This document shows positions 1 through 10,070 of a stretch of 64,000 nucleotides of DNA, one piece after another. This DNA is from Cyanophyceae cyanobacterium (GTDB lineage: Bacteria > Cyanobacteriota > Cyanobacteriia > Cyanobacteriales > Laspinemataceae): assembly GCA_038321985.1 (NCBI GenBank), contig JBBQFN010000014.1, positions 71,287-135,286 on the forward strand. The letters run 5' to 3'. The stretch's first letter is position 1; every line of letters begins with the position of its first letter. The translations under genes were made by a program, and so were the position numbers. The notes under the pieces are model-generated. The model had not been told where the DNA came from, did no database searches, and saw only the letters and a program-made list of their open reading frames with translations.

Positions 1-446
1 CTCATTTAACAGTTTGAGGAGCTTGGGGGATAGTTGGCTCCCCCAAGCCTAAACCGCGCTGAAATTTGAAACCCTGTTGCACCCCGGCCAGAAAAATTAT
101 GAATCTAGGATGTAAAATTTTTCCCCTCATTCTGTTTATTTTTTCAGAGCAAACTCGCCAAGTGAGTCTCTTTAAATAGAGTCTCACTCTGGTGTTAAAA
201 TCGATTAATCCGGAGATGAAATAGCCGTTTTTAACAAAAAGTAGTGCCAGGGCGATTCCGGAATTGCCCCTGACCTCGAAGACGGGCGGCGCTAAAAGCT
301 GGAATTAACCACTTATTTAGACGTGCTATAAAGTTAAACTTATCCAGAATAACTCTTGTATCTATGATATGCGGTTCTAGAAAATAGCATTTCTACCGGA
401 AGACAGGATTAATTGTTAAGCACTAATGTGGTAATAGATACAAAAG

Positions 447-473
447 AGGGTCGGGGAGATCGCCCCGACCCCT
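447..473. terminator. GC-rich hairpin, possible intrinsic terminator
   Basis: GGGTCGGGG-AGATCG-CCCCGACCC inverted repeat, with an A-run before it (U-tract on the minus strand). Confidence 0.45.
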
Positions 474-819
474 GTTATTATCTAGTTTCACAAGGTAGAG
501 TCAAAATTTGTGCCGTCTGCTGTGCGATCGAGGGTGAAAGGGGAGCAGGAAGTGGGTTTTAGGGCAGATTTAGAGATAAAATATATAATTACTTATACCT
601 GATTGTCGGCCCTTTTCCTGAAAAGCTGATTATACCCAATCCGCTTTTAAAAAATCGGTGGTAAAAAATAGACAGGGTTGGGAGATTTCAATCCGAAAGC
701 CGTACCCAATTCGGTGTCAATTATTGATTTTAAAAATAGTTATTATAAGACTTTCCGGCCAGAAAGAAATCTATTAAAAATTCACCGATACCTGGGCTGA
801 CATTACTCCAGAGTTAACC

Positions 820-1275
820 TTATTCTGAAAAGTGAACTTCACTGACTTGAAGTTGCTCCAGCGTTGGCTTGAGGTTGTTTAATAATTCCGTCATGGTTAA
901 GGGCTTTGTAAAATAATGGTTAGCCCCTAGACTGTCGAGAATTTCAAGCTGTAGTGGCTCAATATAGCTACTCATGACGATAACAGGTAAGTCTTTAAAA
1001 TAAGCATTCTGTCGAATCCAGGCCAGCAATTCTAACCCAGACAAATGGGGCATATTAATATCAGTGAGAATCAGGTCCGGTATCCGCAGGGAGCCTTCGC
1101 GATCGCCTGGGGTATTTTGAGTCAACGATAAGTAATCTCTGGCTTCTTTACCATCTTTAACTATTTCTATCTCTAACCCCAAATCGGAGAGTTGAAAGGC
1201 TAAATTTAAGAGGTTAGCATAAGCCGGATTGTCTTCAACTATCAATATTCGGGTGCGCTCTGTTATTAGGTTCAT
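820..1275 (-). CDS. Single-domain response regulator (CheY/Rcp1-like receiver)
   Basis: ILIVED acidic pocket, phosphoacceptor Asp in LILTDINMP, Ser in VIVMSS, and TKP lysine. Confidence 0.9.
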   Translation of the reverse strand: MNLITERTRILIVEDNPAYANLLNLAFQLSDLGLEIEIVKDGKEARDYLSLTQNTPGDREGSLRIPDLILTDINMPHLSGLELLAWIRQNAYFKDLPVIVMSSYIEPLQLEILDSLGANHYFTKPLTMTELLNNLKPTLEQLQVSEVHFSE

Positions 1276-1709
1276 GAGGGGTCCCTCTCTCTATTAATTA
1301 TGATGACAATCCGTTAGGGTTGGTGTCGGCTTGGCGGAAACTCCTGGCTAGAAAATCTCCCTTTTTTCGGGAACAAACAACCCAGCTTATCTCTCAACTC
1401 ATTTTTATGGATAAAAAATAGGACAAAGATTTCTAAACCCTTAGCCAGATTTTAAAAAATCTCGTAAAAGTTGATAAGGTTTTACCCTACAACCCAGTTG
1501 ATTTAAATAATTTTAATTAGAAAGTGACTGGAGGATAAATCTTACCTTCAAGCCAGCCTGTTCTGGAAAATAGAGAAGTTTTTTAGAAGTGAAGGCCATG
1601 TGCGGGTTATATTAAACGCATTTCCTCCCGAAAGTTATATTATTTATAATAAAACATCGCTTAAGCTGATATAGTCTATCTATAGAGATAAAATATGTTA
1701 AATCAAAAA

Positions 1710-1723
1710 GTAGTCTTTGCTAC
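1710..1723. promoter_or_regulatory. Possible NtcA/Crp-type box (GTA-N8-TAC)
   Basis: GTAGTCTTTGCTAC in the divergent intergenic region between the response regulator and the Crp-family gene. Confidence 0.35.
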
Positions 1724-1889
1724 AACTTAGGTTAAAATGCTTAGGGGTGATAGTTTTAATAAAATTATAGGGCTCTGTTAAAAAGTGGGAATTTGTAGAA
1801 GACTAGGTGATAAAACAATGCTCTCTTATTATAGGGGCGCTTCTTTTAGGAGAAGGCGGCGAGCTTAATTTGGACGAAAGGACCAGAAT

Positions 1890-1918
1890 TTGTCAATTTT
1901 TGAAAATTAAGGTATAAT
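1890..1918 (+). promoter_or_regulatory. Sigma70-type promoter for the PAS-Crp gene
   Basis: TTGTCA (1890-1895), 17-nt spacer, TATAAT (1913-1918). Confidence 0.6.
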
Positions 1919-1939
1919 TAGATGAGAAAATAAGGAGGA

Positions 1940-1992
<53 letters not shown>

Positions 1993-2166
1993 GTTTTTAT
2001 ATTGCCCTAGATAGAGGACTAAAAGTTAAATCAAAATAACTTAAATAACTCAATTAGTAAGATAGGAGCAGGAGGAAATATTTTTAAGTTAGATGTATTT
2101 AACCAATATCTCAAAACACTTAACGAGCGGATTGAAAATCTCTATCAGCGAAGCTCTAAATCCCTT

Positions 2167-3255
2167 TTGGGGATGGAGTCTGGGGAGTTACTTCCCATTG
2201 CCTTTAAAGAACTGGGGACCGCTTCGGAAGAACTGGTTGTCGCTGTCGAACAACTACTAGAGCAGCAGCAACAATTGGCGGATTCTTTCCATCAACTAGA
2301 GGCAGAGCGCAGGCGCTATCAAAATATATTGGAAGAAGCACCTCATGCTTACATTTCCCTCAATAGCAGCAGCGAGATCACCTTAGTGAATCGTGCCGCT
2401 ACCCGGTTGTTCAACTGCACTCAGGGTATGTTACTCAACAAACCCTTCAGCATTTTAGTTCCTCTGGAAACACGACGGGAGTTTCGGGAAGAATTCACGC
2501 GGCGACGAGAGATTGAAGAAGATCAAGAGTGGCAACTCAAGTTGTATTCCCCTCGCCGGGAGCCATTTGAGGCGACGTTGACCCTCTCGATAGAACGGGA
2601 CTCCTGGGGTAATATTTTTTCCACCTACCTTTGCATTCAAGACATCAGCGATCGCAACCGAGGGCTTGCAGATGGAAAAAATACTAAGGAGGAACTATTA
2701 GGCAATCGCCCGAGGCACAGTTTTTCTAAAGGGGAAAATATTCCCTTGCAGCAGGATGCCATGTGGGTAATTTGTAAAGGCTGGGTAAAGTTGAGTACCC
2801 TCACGGAAAACAATACCGAAGTGCTAATGGGAATAGCCGGTAAGGGAATCCCTTTCTGTCGGAGTTTAACCCTGCTGCCTATTTATCAAGTGACAGCACT
2901 TTCCCAAACCGTAGAATTAACCTCTATTTCCCATGTAGAAATAGCTCACTCCTCTGACTTGTCTACATTGATTGCTAAAGGCGTGAGCCAGCGACTACAG
3001 CAGACTGAATTATTTTTATCAGTCTCCGGAAAACTGCGAGCCTACGATCGCCTCGTGAGCTTGCTTGACGTTTTAAAAACTATTTTAGGAGAACCCGTTG
3101 CTAACGGAACCCGGTTGAGTTTGCGTCTCACCCATCAGGAACTCGCCGACGCTAGCTGTACTACTCGGGTTACGATTACCCGCCTGCTGCGCAACTTACA
3201 GGACAAGAAAAAAATTAAAATAGATAACACTAATCATATTACTATTTTGGATTAG
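2167..3255 (+). CDS. PAS domain plus Crp/Fnr-family transcriptional regulator (true start may be upstream, near 2080)
   Basis: N-terminal coiled coil, PAS (VNRAATRLF...CIQDISDR), cNMP-like barrel, C-terminal HTH LTHQELADASCTTRVTITRLL. Confidence 0.85.
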   Translation: MGMESGELLPIAFKELGTASEELVVAVEQLLEQQQQLADSFHQLEAERRRYQNILEEAPHAYISLNSSSEITLVNRAATRLFNCTQGMLLNKPFSILVPLETRREFREEFTRRREIEEDQEWQLKLYSPRREPFEATLTLSIERDSWGNIFSTYLCIQDISDRNRGLADGKNTKEELLGNRPRHSFSKGENIPLQQDAMWVICKGWVKLSTLTENNTEVLMGIAGKGIPFCRSLTLLPIYQVTALSQTVELTSISHVEIAHSSDLSTLIAKGVSQRLQQTELFLSVSGKLRAYDRLVSLLDVLKTILGEPVANGTRLSLRLTHQELADASCTTRVTITRLLRNLQDKKKIKIDNTNHITILD

Positions 3256-3271
3256 GGCGTGGAATTGGGCA

Positions 3272-3300
3272 GTAGAGGGCCTGCGCATTGCGCCCCTACA
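3272..3300. repeat. REP-like short palindromic repeat (GTAG...CGCCCCTAC type)
   Basis: GTAGAGGGCCTGCGCATTGCGCCCCTAC imperfect hairpin between convergent genes. Confidence 0.55.
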
Positions 3301-3355
3301 AATACAGCTTGACAGGGCTAGTTACTAAACCGCTACCGGCGAACGTTGTAAAACT

Positions 3356-5875
3356 TTAGGGCGATCGCCAATTAATTTTAGCCAATTTCTCCGGGGGGAA
3401 GGCATACCACCGATACAACCGTTCTAATTCTCGATCAAGGGAGTGGGTAGGGGGAAATTCAGGATAGGAATCCCCTAATTCTCGTAAAGCCGCAAGCAAT
3501 GTGCTGGGAGCAACCCACCATTCTTGACCGAGTTGCACTAGGTTTAAGGGTTGAGTTCCCGAGTCTTGAATGCGATCGCGCAAGTGCGATCGCAACTGCA
3601 CAGGTGAAAGTAAGGGAGGTAACTGATTGTAGACATACACCTGACGCGGCATTCCTTTCGCTAATAACCATTGCAGGTGGGTCCCCGAGGGCGGTAAGGT
3701 CCAGAGTAACAAGGTTTCACAGGGACGTTTAGGAAAGTTCCACTCGATTTCGCACGTTGTAGAGGCAATTTCGGGTTTACCGGCACCATAAAATAACACC
3801 CGACCCTGTAAGTGAGGGAGTAACGAGGGTAAGGGAGTCCCGGATAACCATTGGGGATCAACCGTAACCGGAGGTGCTTCGGGGATAATCGGGGTAAGCC
3901 TCGGCGTAGTTACGGGGAGCGTTGTTAAGGAAAGTAGTTGCTGTACGGCTCGTTTCTGCGGAGTTTTTAGCGACTGCCCCAGGGGTGTTTGGAGTGGAAC
4001 AGACTGGCTAATAGTGCCTGAGTGGCGATCGCCTTCCTGGGAGGGGAGACGGGCGCTGATCAGTTCTAATTCCACATTTGTATTACCATTCCAGGTATTT
4101 TCCCGCAGTTTGTAGGCCACATCAATGTACCGTGGCAGGGGAAAATAATCCCCCCAGCGCCATGCAATCCCTTGAATGCGACGCGGCGCAGCAATTTCCG
4201 ACAAATTAGAAGGGAAGCTGTGAGTTTGGCTTTGTAAGGTGACTTTGATATGTCCTTTGCCGACAATCCGCTGTTCTACTACTTCCACGTTAGGGGTCCA
4301 GAATACGGGAGAGGGGTTTTCAATGCCGCAGGGGTGGAGTCGGTCGATTTCCCGGTATAAGTCGAGGTCAATTTGCTCAAATTCTGCTAAGACATTAATC
4401 GCGATCGCCGGTTTGAGGTGATGAGGTTCGAGACATCCGTGGGCAAACTCACTTAAGCCTTGGCGAAACCCTTCTAAGTTTTTTGCACTTAAGCTAAATC
4501 CCCCGGCTGCACGATGTCCACCATATTTTCCTAACCAGCGATCGCAATGCTGCATCGCTTCAAACACATGAAATTCTGGAATACTGCGGGCAGATCCGCG
4601 AATATGTTCTTGGCGTTCATCTTCATAAGTGCCAATAAATACGGGAACGCCATATCGTTCTACTAAGCGAGAAGCAACAATTCCAATCGTGCCATGATGC
4701 CAATCCGGTTGTACCACCACCAACACGCGACTACTTAAGTAGTCAATGTTGCTGGTTTCAATCCAGGCAATTGCCTCCGCTTCGATGGTTTCGCACATCT
4801 GCTGGCGGTCCTGATTAAGCTGTTCGCACTGCATCGCCCGAGTTAAAGCAATTCCCGGATCATCCGTCGTCAGCAGTTCGATCGCAATCTGCGGGTCACC
4901 AATGCGCCCCACGGCATTAATTCTCGGTCCTAATCGAAAGCCGATTTCGTCCGGTTTCATTGCTGCGCCGCCCTTCGCCCCACTGCTACTGGCACCGGAA
5001 ACCTGAATTAATGCTTGTACCCCCGCTAACTGAGATTCCGGTAACTGCCGCAATCCCCGTTTTACCCAGCGGCGATTGACTCCCGTTAACGGTGCCAAAT
5101 CGGCGATCGTTCCTAGGGTTAATAATTCTCGTAAGGGTTTAATTAAAGGTTGCGCTTGACCTAACTTTTGTGCTAAAGAAATGGCTAAAATATAGGCAAC
5201 TCCGACTCCCGCAACTCCGCGATAGGGAGAGGCTTCGCGAATCAATTTTGGGTTAAGAATGGCAGTAGCCGGGGGAAGTTCATCCGGGAGTTCGTGGTGA
5301 TCCGTAATAATCGCATCCATCCCCAATTCCCGGGCGAGGGCGATGGGTTTCACCGCTGCGATGCCATTATCCACCGTTAAAATAATTTTTACCCCTTCAC
5401 TGTGAAATTCGCGGACAATGCGATCGTTGATGCCATATCCTTCTGCCATCCGGCTAGGAATCGCATAATCCACGTTTGCACCTAATGCCCGTAATGCCCG
5501 CATTAACAGGGCGGTACTGGTCATGCCATCGGCATCATAGTCGCCACAAATGGCAATTTTTGACCCTGTAGCCGTCGCTTTTTCTAACAGTTCTACCGTG
5601 AGAGCAAGATCGGGGAAATCATCTAGAGGAGAAGGTAGAGTTACAGATTCAGGGTTTAAAAATGCCTCTACCTGTTCTACAGTTTCTATGCCGCGATCGA
5701 TCAACGCTTGTGCCAAAATTGGTGGCAGCGCCACTGCCTCCGCAATCTGCCGTGCCAGTTCGGGTTTTTGAGGGTAAATTTGCCACCGATGATTGGGTAA
5801 GCGGATCGCGGTACTCGGAACCATAGCCTTATCCCTAGGGTTTTGGAAGTCTCTTTTACTTATCCTATCAGCCAA
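3356..5875 (-). CDS. recJ: Single-stranded-DNA-specific exonuclease RecJ with C-terminal extension
   Basis: GDYDADG, TVDNG, TDHH (DHH motif), GTIAD, GGHRAAGG (DHHA1) and an OB-fold region. Confidence 0.95.
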   Translation of the reverse strand: MADRISKRDFQNPRDKAMVPSTAIRLPNHRWQIYPQKPELARQIAEAVALPPILAQALIDRGIETVEQVEAFLNPESVTLPSPLDDFPDLALTVELLEKATATGSKIAICGDYDADGMTSTALLMRALRALGANVDYAIPSRMAEGYGINDRIVREFHSEGVKIILTVDNGIAAVKPIALARELGMDAIITDHHELPDELPPATAILNPKLIREASPYRGVAGVGVAYILAISLAQKLGQAQPLIKPLRELLTLGTIADLAPLTGVNRRWVKRGLRQLPESQLAGVQALIQVSGASSSGAKGGAAMKPDEIGFRLGPRINAVGRIGDPQIAIELLTTDDPGIALTRAMQCEQLNQDRQQMCETIEAEAIAWIETSNIDYLSSRVLVVVQPDWHHGTIGIVASRLVERYGVPVFIGTYEDERQEHIRGSARSIPEFHVFEAMQHCDRWLGKYGGHRAAGGFSLSAKNLEGFRQGLSEFAHGCLEPHHLKPAIAINVLAEFEQIDLDLYREIDRLHPCGIENPSPVFWTPNVEVVEQRIVGKGHIKVTLQSQTHSFPSNLSEIAAPRRIQGIAWRWGDYFPLPRYIDVAYKLRENTWNGNTNVELELISARLPSQEGDRHSGTISQSVPLQTPLGQSLKTPQKRAVQQLLSLTTLPVTTPRLTPIIPEAPPVTVDPQWLSGTPLPSLLPHLQGRVLFYGAGKPEIASTTCEIEWNFPKRPCETLLLWTLPPSGTHLQWLLAKGMPRQVYVYNQLPPLLSPVQLRSHLRDRIQDSGTQPLNLVQLGQEWWVAPSTLLAALRELGDSYPEFPPTHSLDRELERLYRWYAFPPEKLAKINWRSP

Positions 5876-5950
5876 TGGCTATTAAGTTTGAGGAATTTTT
5901 TCCCCTAACCTACGCTAAGGGAAACAGGAGTGCCTTGTTCTTCCCCGGAT

Positions 5951-8218
5951 TTAATCCGTAAACCATAACCCGGGTTCCGGTTCTAAGCGCTGTGCAAAAT
6001 CTTTTAGGGATGCGAATGCACCAGTTTCCACCTGTTGTACTGGATTTCCAGCGGTTTCCCAATTGAAGAGGAGTAAGGGTGCTAATTCTTCCCCTGGATT
6101 GCGCTGTTCTTCTCCCCCTAAATAAAAGAGCAAATTGCTATCTTGGCAAATTCCCCCAGATTGTTCGACTAAACAAACTGCATTATTATTATGAACTCTT
6201 CCCGTGGCGATCGCCATTGTGGATAAACCTTGACCATTCAATGCTAGAATCTTGTTTAAACTGGAAGTAACCAATCGGCATCGATTTAATCCCGAGTCTG
6301 ACGCGGTATCATTCCAGTTCAGAAAGGGTAGAGGAATAGAACCCTTGCCTGTATAAGCGAAAGTCGCTAAACCTCCTTCATATTCAACACAGCCAAATAC
6401 TGTAGAAGTAACCGTTTTTGATGGGATTTCTGACCCCCAATCTTCAACTTTAGCAGTGAAAAGACTGCTGATTTTATTATCTCGAAATAAGTTAGTATCG
6501 GCGAGGATCGGTTGGGCGAGTCCTAGGGTTAAAATTCCATAATTCTGGTTATTTTCTAGAATATTTCCCTGAAAGTTAGGAGTAGCCGAGGCACTCACTA
6601 CAGCCCCATTACGGTTTCCTCGAACATGATTATCGACAATCGCAGGACTCGCCATTCCTGCGATCGCCACTCCAATTCCATTGTTCATAAAATCATTACT
6701 ACGAATCTCTCCCCGTCCTTGTTGAATGATAGAAATGCCATTACCTCCATTATTAACAAACCGATTTTTTTCAACAATTGGGCTGGCGGTTCCTCCAATT
6801 AAAATCCCTTCTCGGGTATTCTCCCTAAACGTATTATTCCGAACCATAGCTGTCGTAGAATCTTCAATCCAGATTCCCGTTCCATTAGGGTTAGGATTAG
6901 TTAGAGTTACCCCTAAAATTTGGCTATTACTTCCCGCAAATAGGGTATAATTTTGTCGCGCGGCAGTGCGAGTTGAAGCAATTCCGCCCCCCCGAATAAT
7001 CACCCCTTCTCCCTGTTGAGTTTCATTGCCAACCAAAATCACCCCCGGGTTAAGGGTTAAGGGAAAAGTTTCTCTCGCACTATACAATCCCGGCGCTAGA
7101 TAAATCACCGTTCCGGGACGTGCACCTTTTAGGGCGTAGGAGATACTGCGAAAGGGATTCTCGGGGGTTGTCCCGGCATTGGCGGCATTAGTGCCATGAT
7201 TAGGGTCAACGTAATAAATGATTTGTGCAGAGGCGATTGCCTCTATGGAGGGGGTGGGAAATTCGGCCACAGGCGCAGGGTTTGTCACAGGTGTTACGGG
7301 TGTCGCGGGTGTCGGTGGTATGAGGGGTTCCGGGGTACTGCGCGCCACGGGAGAACCATTGACGCGATCAGTTTGACTGGGATACATCAGTCCATACTGG
7401 ATCATCCCCACATCTACCGGATTGCGATCAAAGGATAACCGCAGACTTTGAACGCGATCGGCACTCATAAACTCGCCCATATACATTCCACAACTGTTGT
7501 TGGCATTGACTTCTGGGGTACTACAATTATTTTGAATTCCCCGTCCCCGTCCATGAATGCCGATCAGTTCCCCATTGACATTAAAGATACCGCCACCACT
7601 CATGCCGCTACGAGTGAGATTACTGTAGAGTAAGCGATAACCGCCATCGGAGGAGGGAGGGGCAATTTCAGCGATCGCCCCTTCAACTAATAGGCGATCG
7701 CGAATTTTTTCCCGCAAATCGTCCGGATTCGGCCACCCACTCACAAACACCGGAGTTCCTGCCTGGAGGGGATTAGCCGAAATTTTAGCTAAAGCATAAT
7801 TGCGATCGCTACTCACTTTGAGTAATGCCAAATCCAATCCAGCGATCGATTGTCCCAATTCTCCGGAAGGGTCACCCAGAGGAATAATATCCGGACTATT
7901 TTCTGACGCATCAACGTAATACACCTGTCCATCGGGCATGGCGATCGCATGAAATCCCCCCCGTTTCCAAACCACGTGCAATGCAGTCAGTATATAATAA
8001 GTATTCCCCTCCCGCGCCACGATTACACCACTGCCGGTTTTTTCCCCTTCAATCAGAAACGCATCCCCCTGTTGGGTCAAATTGGGACTAATTAAAACCG
8101 AAACTTGCCACGCCACCGCATCCACTTCTGCCGGAGTCAATGCCAAGGTGACTGGACTAAAACTAGCAACTGCCACTGTTACAATTCCACTCAATAAGTG
8201 CCGATTAAAATACATCAT
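5951..8218 (-). CDS. Secreted trypsin-like serine protease fused to a DUF1565 beta-helix and a COP23-like domain
   Basis: Signal peptide; catalytic triad TALHVV / LDLALL / GMSGG; Pro-Thr linker; YVDP..G..PFRSI start and N-rich beta-helix repeats; Cys-patterned COP23-like C-terminus. Confidence 0.8.
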   Translation of the reverse strand: MMYFNRHLLSGIVTVAVASFSPVTLALTPAEVDAVAWQVSVLISPNLTQQGDAFLIEGEKTGSGVIVAREGNTYYILTALHVVWKRGGFHAIAMPDGQVYYVDASENSPDIIPLGDPSGELGQSIAGLDLALLKVSSDRNYALAKISANPLQAGTPVFVSGWPNPDDLREKIRDRLLVEGAIAEIAPPSSDGGYRLLYSNLTRSGMSGGGIFNVNGELIGIHGRGRGIQNNCSTPEVNANNSCGMYMGEFMSADRVQSLRLSFDRNPVDVGMIQYGLMYPSQTDRVNGSPVARSTPEPLIPPTPATPVTPVTNPAPVAEFPTPSIEAIASAQIIYYVDPNHGTNAANAGTTPENPFRSISYALKGARPGTVIYLAPGLYSARETFPLTLNPGVILVGNETQQGEGVIIRGGGIASTRTAARQNYTLFAGSNSQILGVTLTNPNPNGTGIWIEDSTTAMVRNNTFRENTREGILIGGTASPIVEKNRFVNNGGNGISIIQQGRGEIRSNDFMNNGIGVAIAGMASPAIVDNHVRGNRNGAVVSASATPNFQGNILENNQNYGILTLGLAQPILADTNLFRDNKISSLFTAKVEDWGSEIPSKTVTSTVFGCVEYEGGLATFAYTGKGSIPLPFLNWNDTASDSGLNRCRLVTSSLNKILALNGQGLSTMAIATGRVHNNNAVCLVEQSGGICQDSNLLFYLGGEEQRNPGEELAPLLLFNWETAGNPVQQVETGAFASLKDFAQRLEPEPGLWFTD

Positions 8219-8426
8219 TTATTCTCTTTAAAGATGGAGATAAGTGCAAAATTCTAGTCCTCCCTTTCCCAAGGCGGGAGTTAGAAATTTATGGAATTTC
8301 TTTTTGGGAACCCTGGCAAACCACAAAAAAAGCGCAGAGAGTGTTGCTGCGCCTTGAAACAGGCAAATTGCCCAAGGTGTTGAGGAAAAAAAGAAGCTAT
8401 TGAAAGGAGGGCGATCGCCTGCACCG

Positions 8427-9869
8427 TTATTGACTTAACCCATTCACAAACCACAATCCCAATGCCGGTTGTAAATTTTGGGCAACCGATTCTAAGGGGG
8501 CGATCGCTTCTTCACCAAACTCTTGTACCGGATTTCCTTTGCCTTCCACACTAAATGCAATTAACTGCCGTAAGACTTGAGTCGGGTCACTGGCATTAAA
8601 TCCACTTAATGTAAATAACATATTATCCGGCTGACAACTGTCTTGTAAATCCTTAACCAAACAAACCACTTTATCATTATTCACCCGCCCGGTAGCAAAT
8701 AACATTTTATGCAATTGACCCCCATAAGCCGAAACCATTTGATTTAATTTTTGCGTGACTTCATTGCAACGATTTTCAGGTAAATCAACCTCTGAACTCT
8801 TCCAAACAATCATCGCTTGGGGAATAGAGGCATACCCTTGTTGCGCCACGGTTGCATAATTTGTACCGTAAGGTTCACAGGTAAAATAAGCTCGTTGAGT
8901 GCCATTAGGTTCTTCTGGAGTCGGTGGAATTCCTTGGGGATTGCGGGCGATTAGTTGATTTTCTCGTTCATTGCCGCGAAAGGTATTACTAGCCGCAATC
9001 TGAGGCTGAGATTCGGCGATCGCAACTAATCCATAATCCGTATTATTTTCGATAATATTCCCCTCTAATATCGGACGCGCTGATTGCGTCACCACGATCC
9101 CAATCCGATTTTGGTGAATATGGTTTCCGGCAATAACAGGTGCAGCATTATGCCCGATCGCTAAAGCAAACCCCGTATCTTGAAACACATTACGGCGAAT
9201 TTCCCCTTTCGACTCCTTTGTAACCGAAATTCCATTTCCTCCATTATACATAAACTGGTTATTTTCAATCGTCGGGTGAGCCGTTCCCGACACAAAAATA
9301 CCCTCGCGATTATTATTAACAAAGGTACTATTCCGAACAATTGCATTCACATTTTCTATCCAAACTCCGGTCCCGTAGGGATTAGGATTGGTGACGGTTA
9401 CCCCCAGAATTTGGCTCGTATCCCCAGCTAATATTGTAATATTTTGACCCGCCCAAATTCGGCTTAAGTGTGTTTCTCCCCCGGTAATCACAACCCCTTC
9501 ACCGCGTCCAGTTTCATCCCCGCGAAGAATAACCCCCGGTTTTAGTTTCAAGGGAAAAACTTCCCCAGCATGATAGCGTCCCGATGCTAATTGAATCACC
9601 GTCCCCGATTGCGCCTGTTCCAAAGCAGCAGTAATGGTTCGCAACGCATTCGCCTCACTTTGACCCGCACTCCCCGAGTCATTACCCCGCTTCGGGTCAA
9701 CATAAATAATCCGTTGTTGGGCGATCGCACTCGGCTGTACCGTGGGAACATTTGCCAGGACTTTACCCCCATCTACTCTCTCTCCCTGACTCAGCAAAGT
9801 AACTGTTGCTGCACTCAGTAACGATAAGGTGATGAGAACGAGTGGATAGTTGCTGATTTTGTTCATCAT
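8427..9869 (-). CDS. Secreted DUF1565 (parallel beta-helix) plus COP23-like protein
   Basis: Signal peptide, IYVDPKRGND...LRTITAAL, beta-helix repeats, FTC...RC..VT...GRVNN.KVVC; paralogous to the C-terminal two thirds of 5951..8218. Confidence 0.8.
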   Translation of the reverse strand: MMNKISNYPLVLITLSLLSAATVTLLSQGERVDGGKVLANVPTVQPSAIAQQRIIYVDPKRGNDSGSAGQSEANALRTITAALEQAQSGTVIQLASGRYHAGEVFPLKLKPGVILRGDETGRGEGVVITGGETHLSRIWAGQNITILAGDTSQILGVTVTNPNPYGTGVWIENVNAIVRNSTFVNNNREGIFVSGTAHPTIENNQFMYNGGNGISVTKESKGEIRRNVFQDTGFALAIGHNAAPVIAGNHIHQNRIGIVVTQSARPILEGNIIENNTDYGLVAIAESQPQIAASNTFRGNERENQLIARNPQGIPPTPEEPNGTQRAYFTCEPYGTNYATVAQQGYASIPQAMIVWKSSEVDLPENRCNEVTQKLNQMVSAYGGQLHKMLFATGRVNNDKVVCLVKDLQDSCQPDNMLFTLSGFNASDPTQVLRQLIAFSVEGKGNPVQEFGEEAIAPLESVAQNLQPALGLWFVNGLSQ

Positions 9870-10006
9870 AGACCAGTTTTCGTGGATTATATTGATAGTA
9901 ATTAGCTAGATGAACCCTGACTCTATAAATTAGCTGCTTATCTTAAGCTCGTCTAAATAAGCAAAAAGTTTATAAAATTTCCGGATATTTTTTTTATTTA
10001 CTCAAG

Positions 10007-10067
10007 GGATTGGGGGGGGGAGGTTGGGGAGGTTGGAAGAGTTGGGGAGGTTGGGGAGTTGGGGAGG
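10007..10067. repeat. Short tandem repeats (GGTTGGGGA-like 8-9-mers)
   Basis: About six degenerate GTTGGGGA(G) units. Confidence 0.8.
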
Positions 10068-10070
10068 ATG

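Noticed and set aside
2..187. 61-aa ORF at the window edge
   Set aside because: It is truncated and has no recognisable motif or SD, so I cannot support it.
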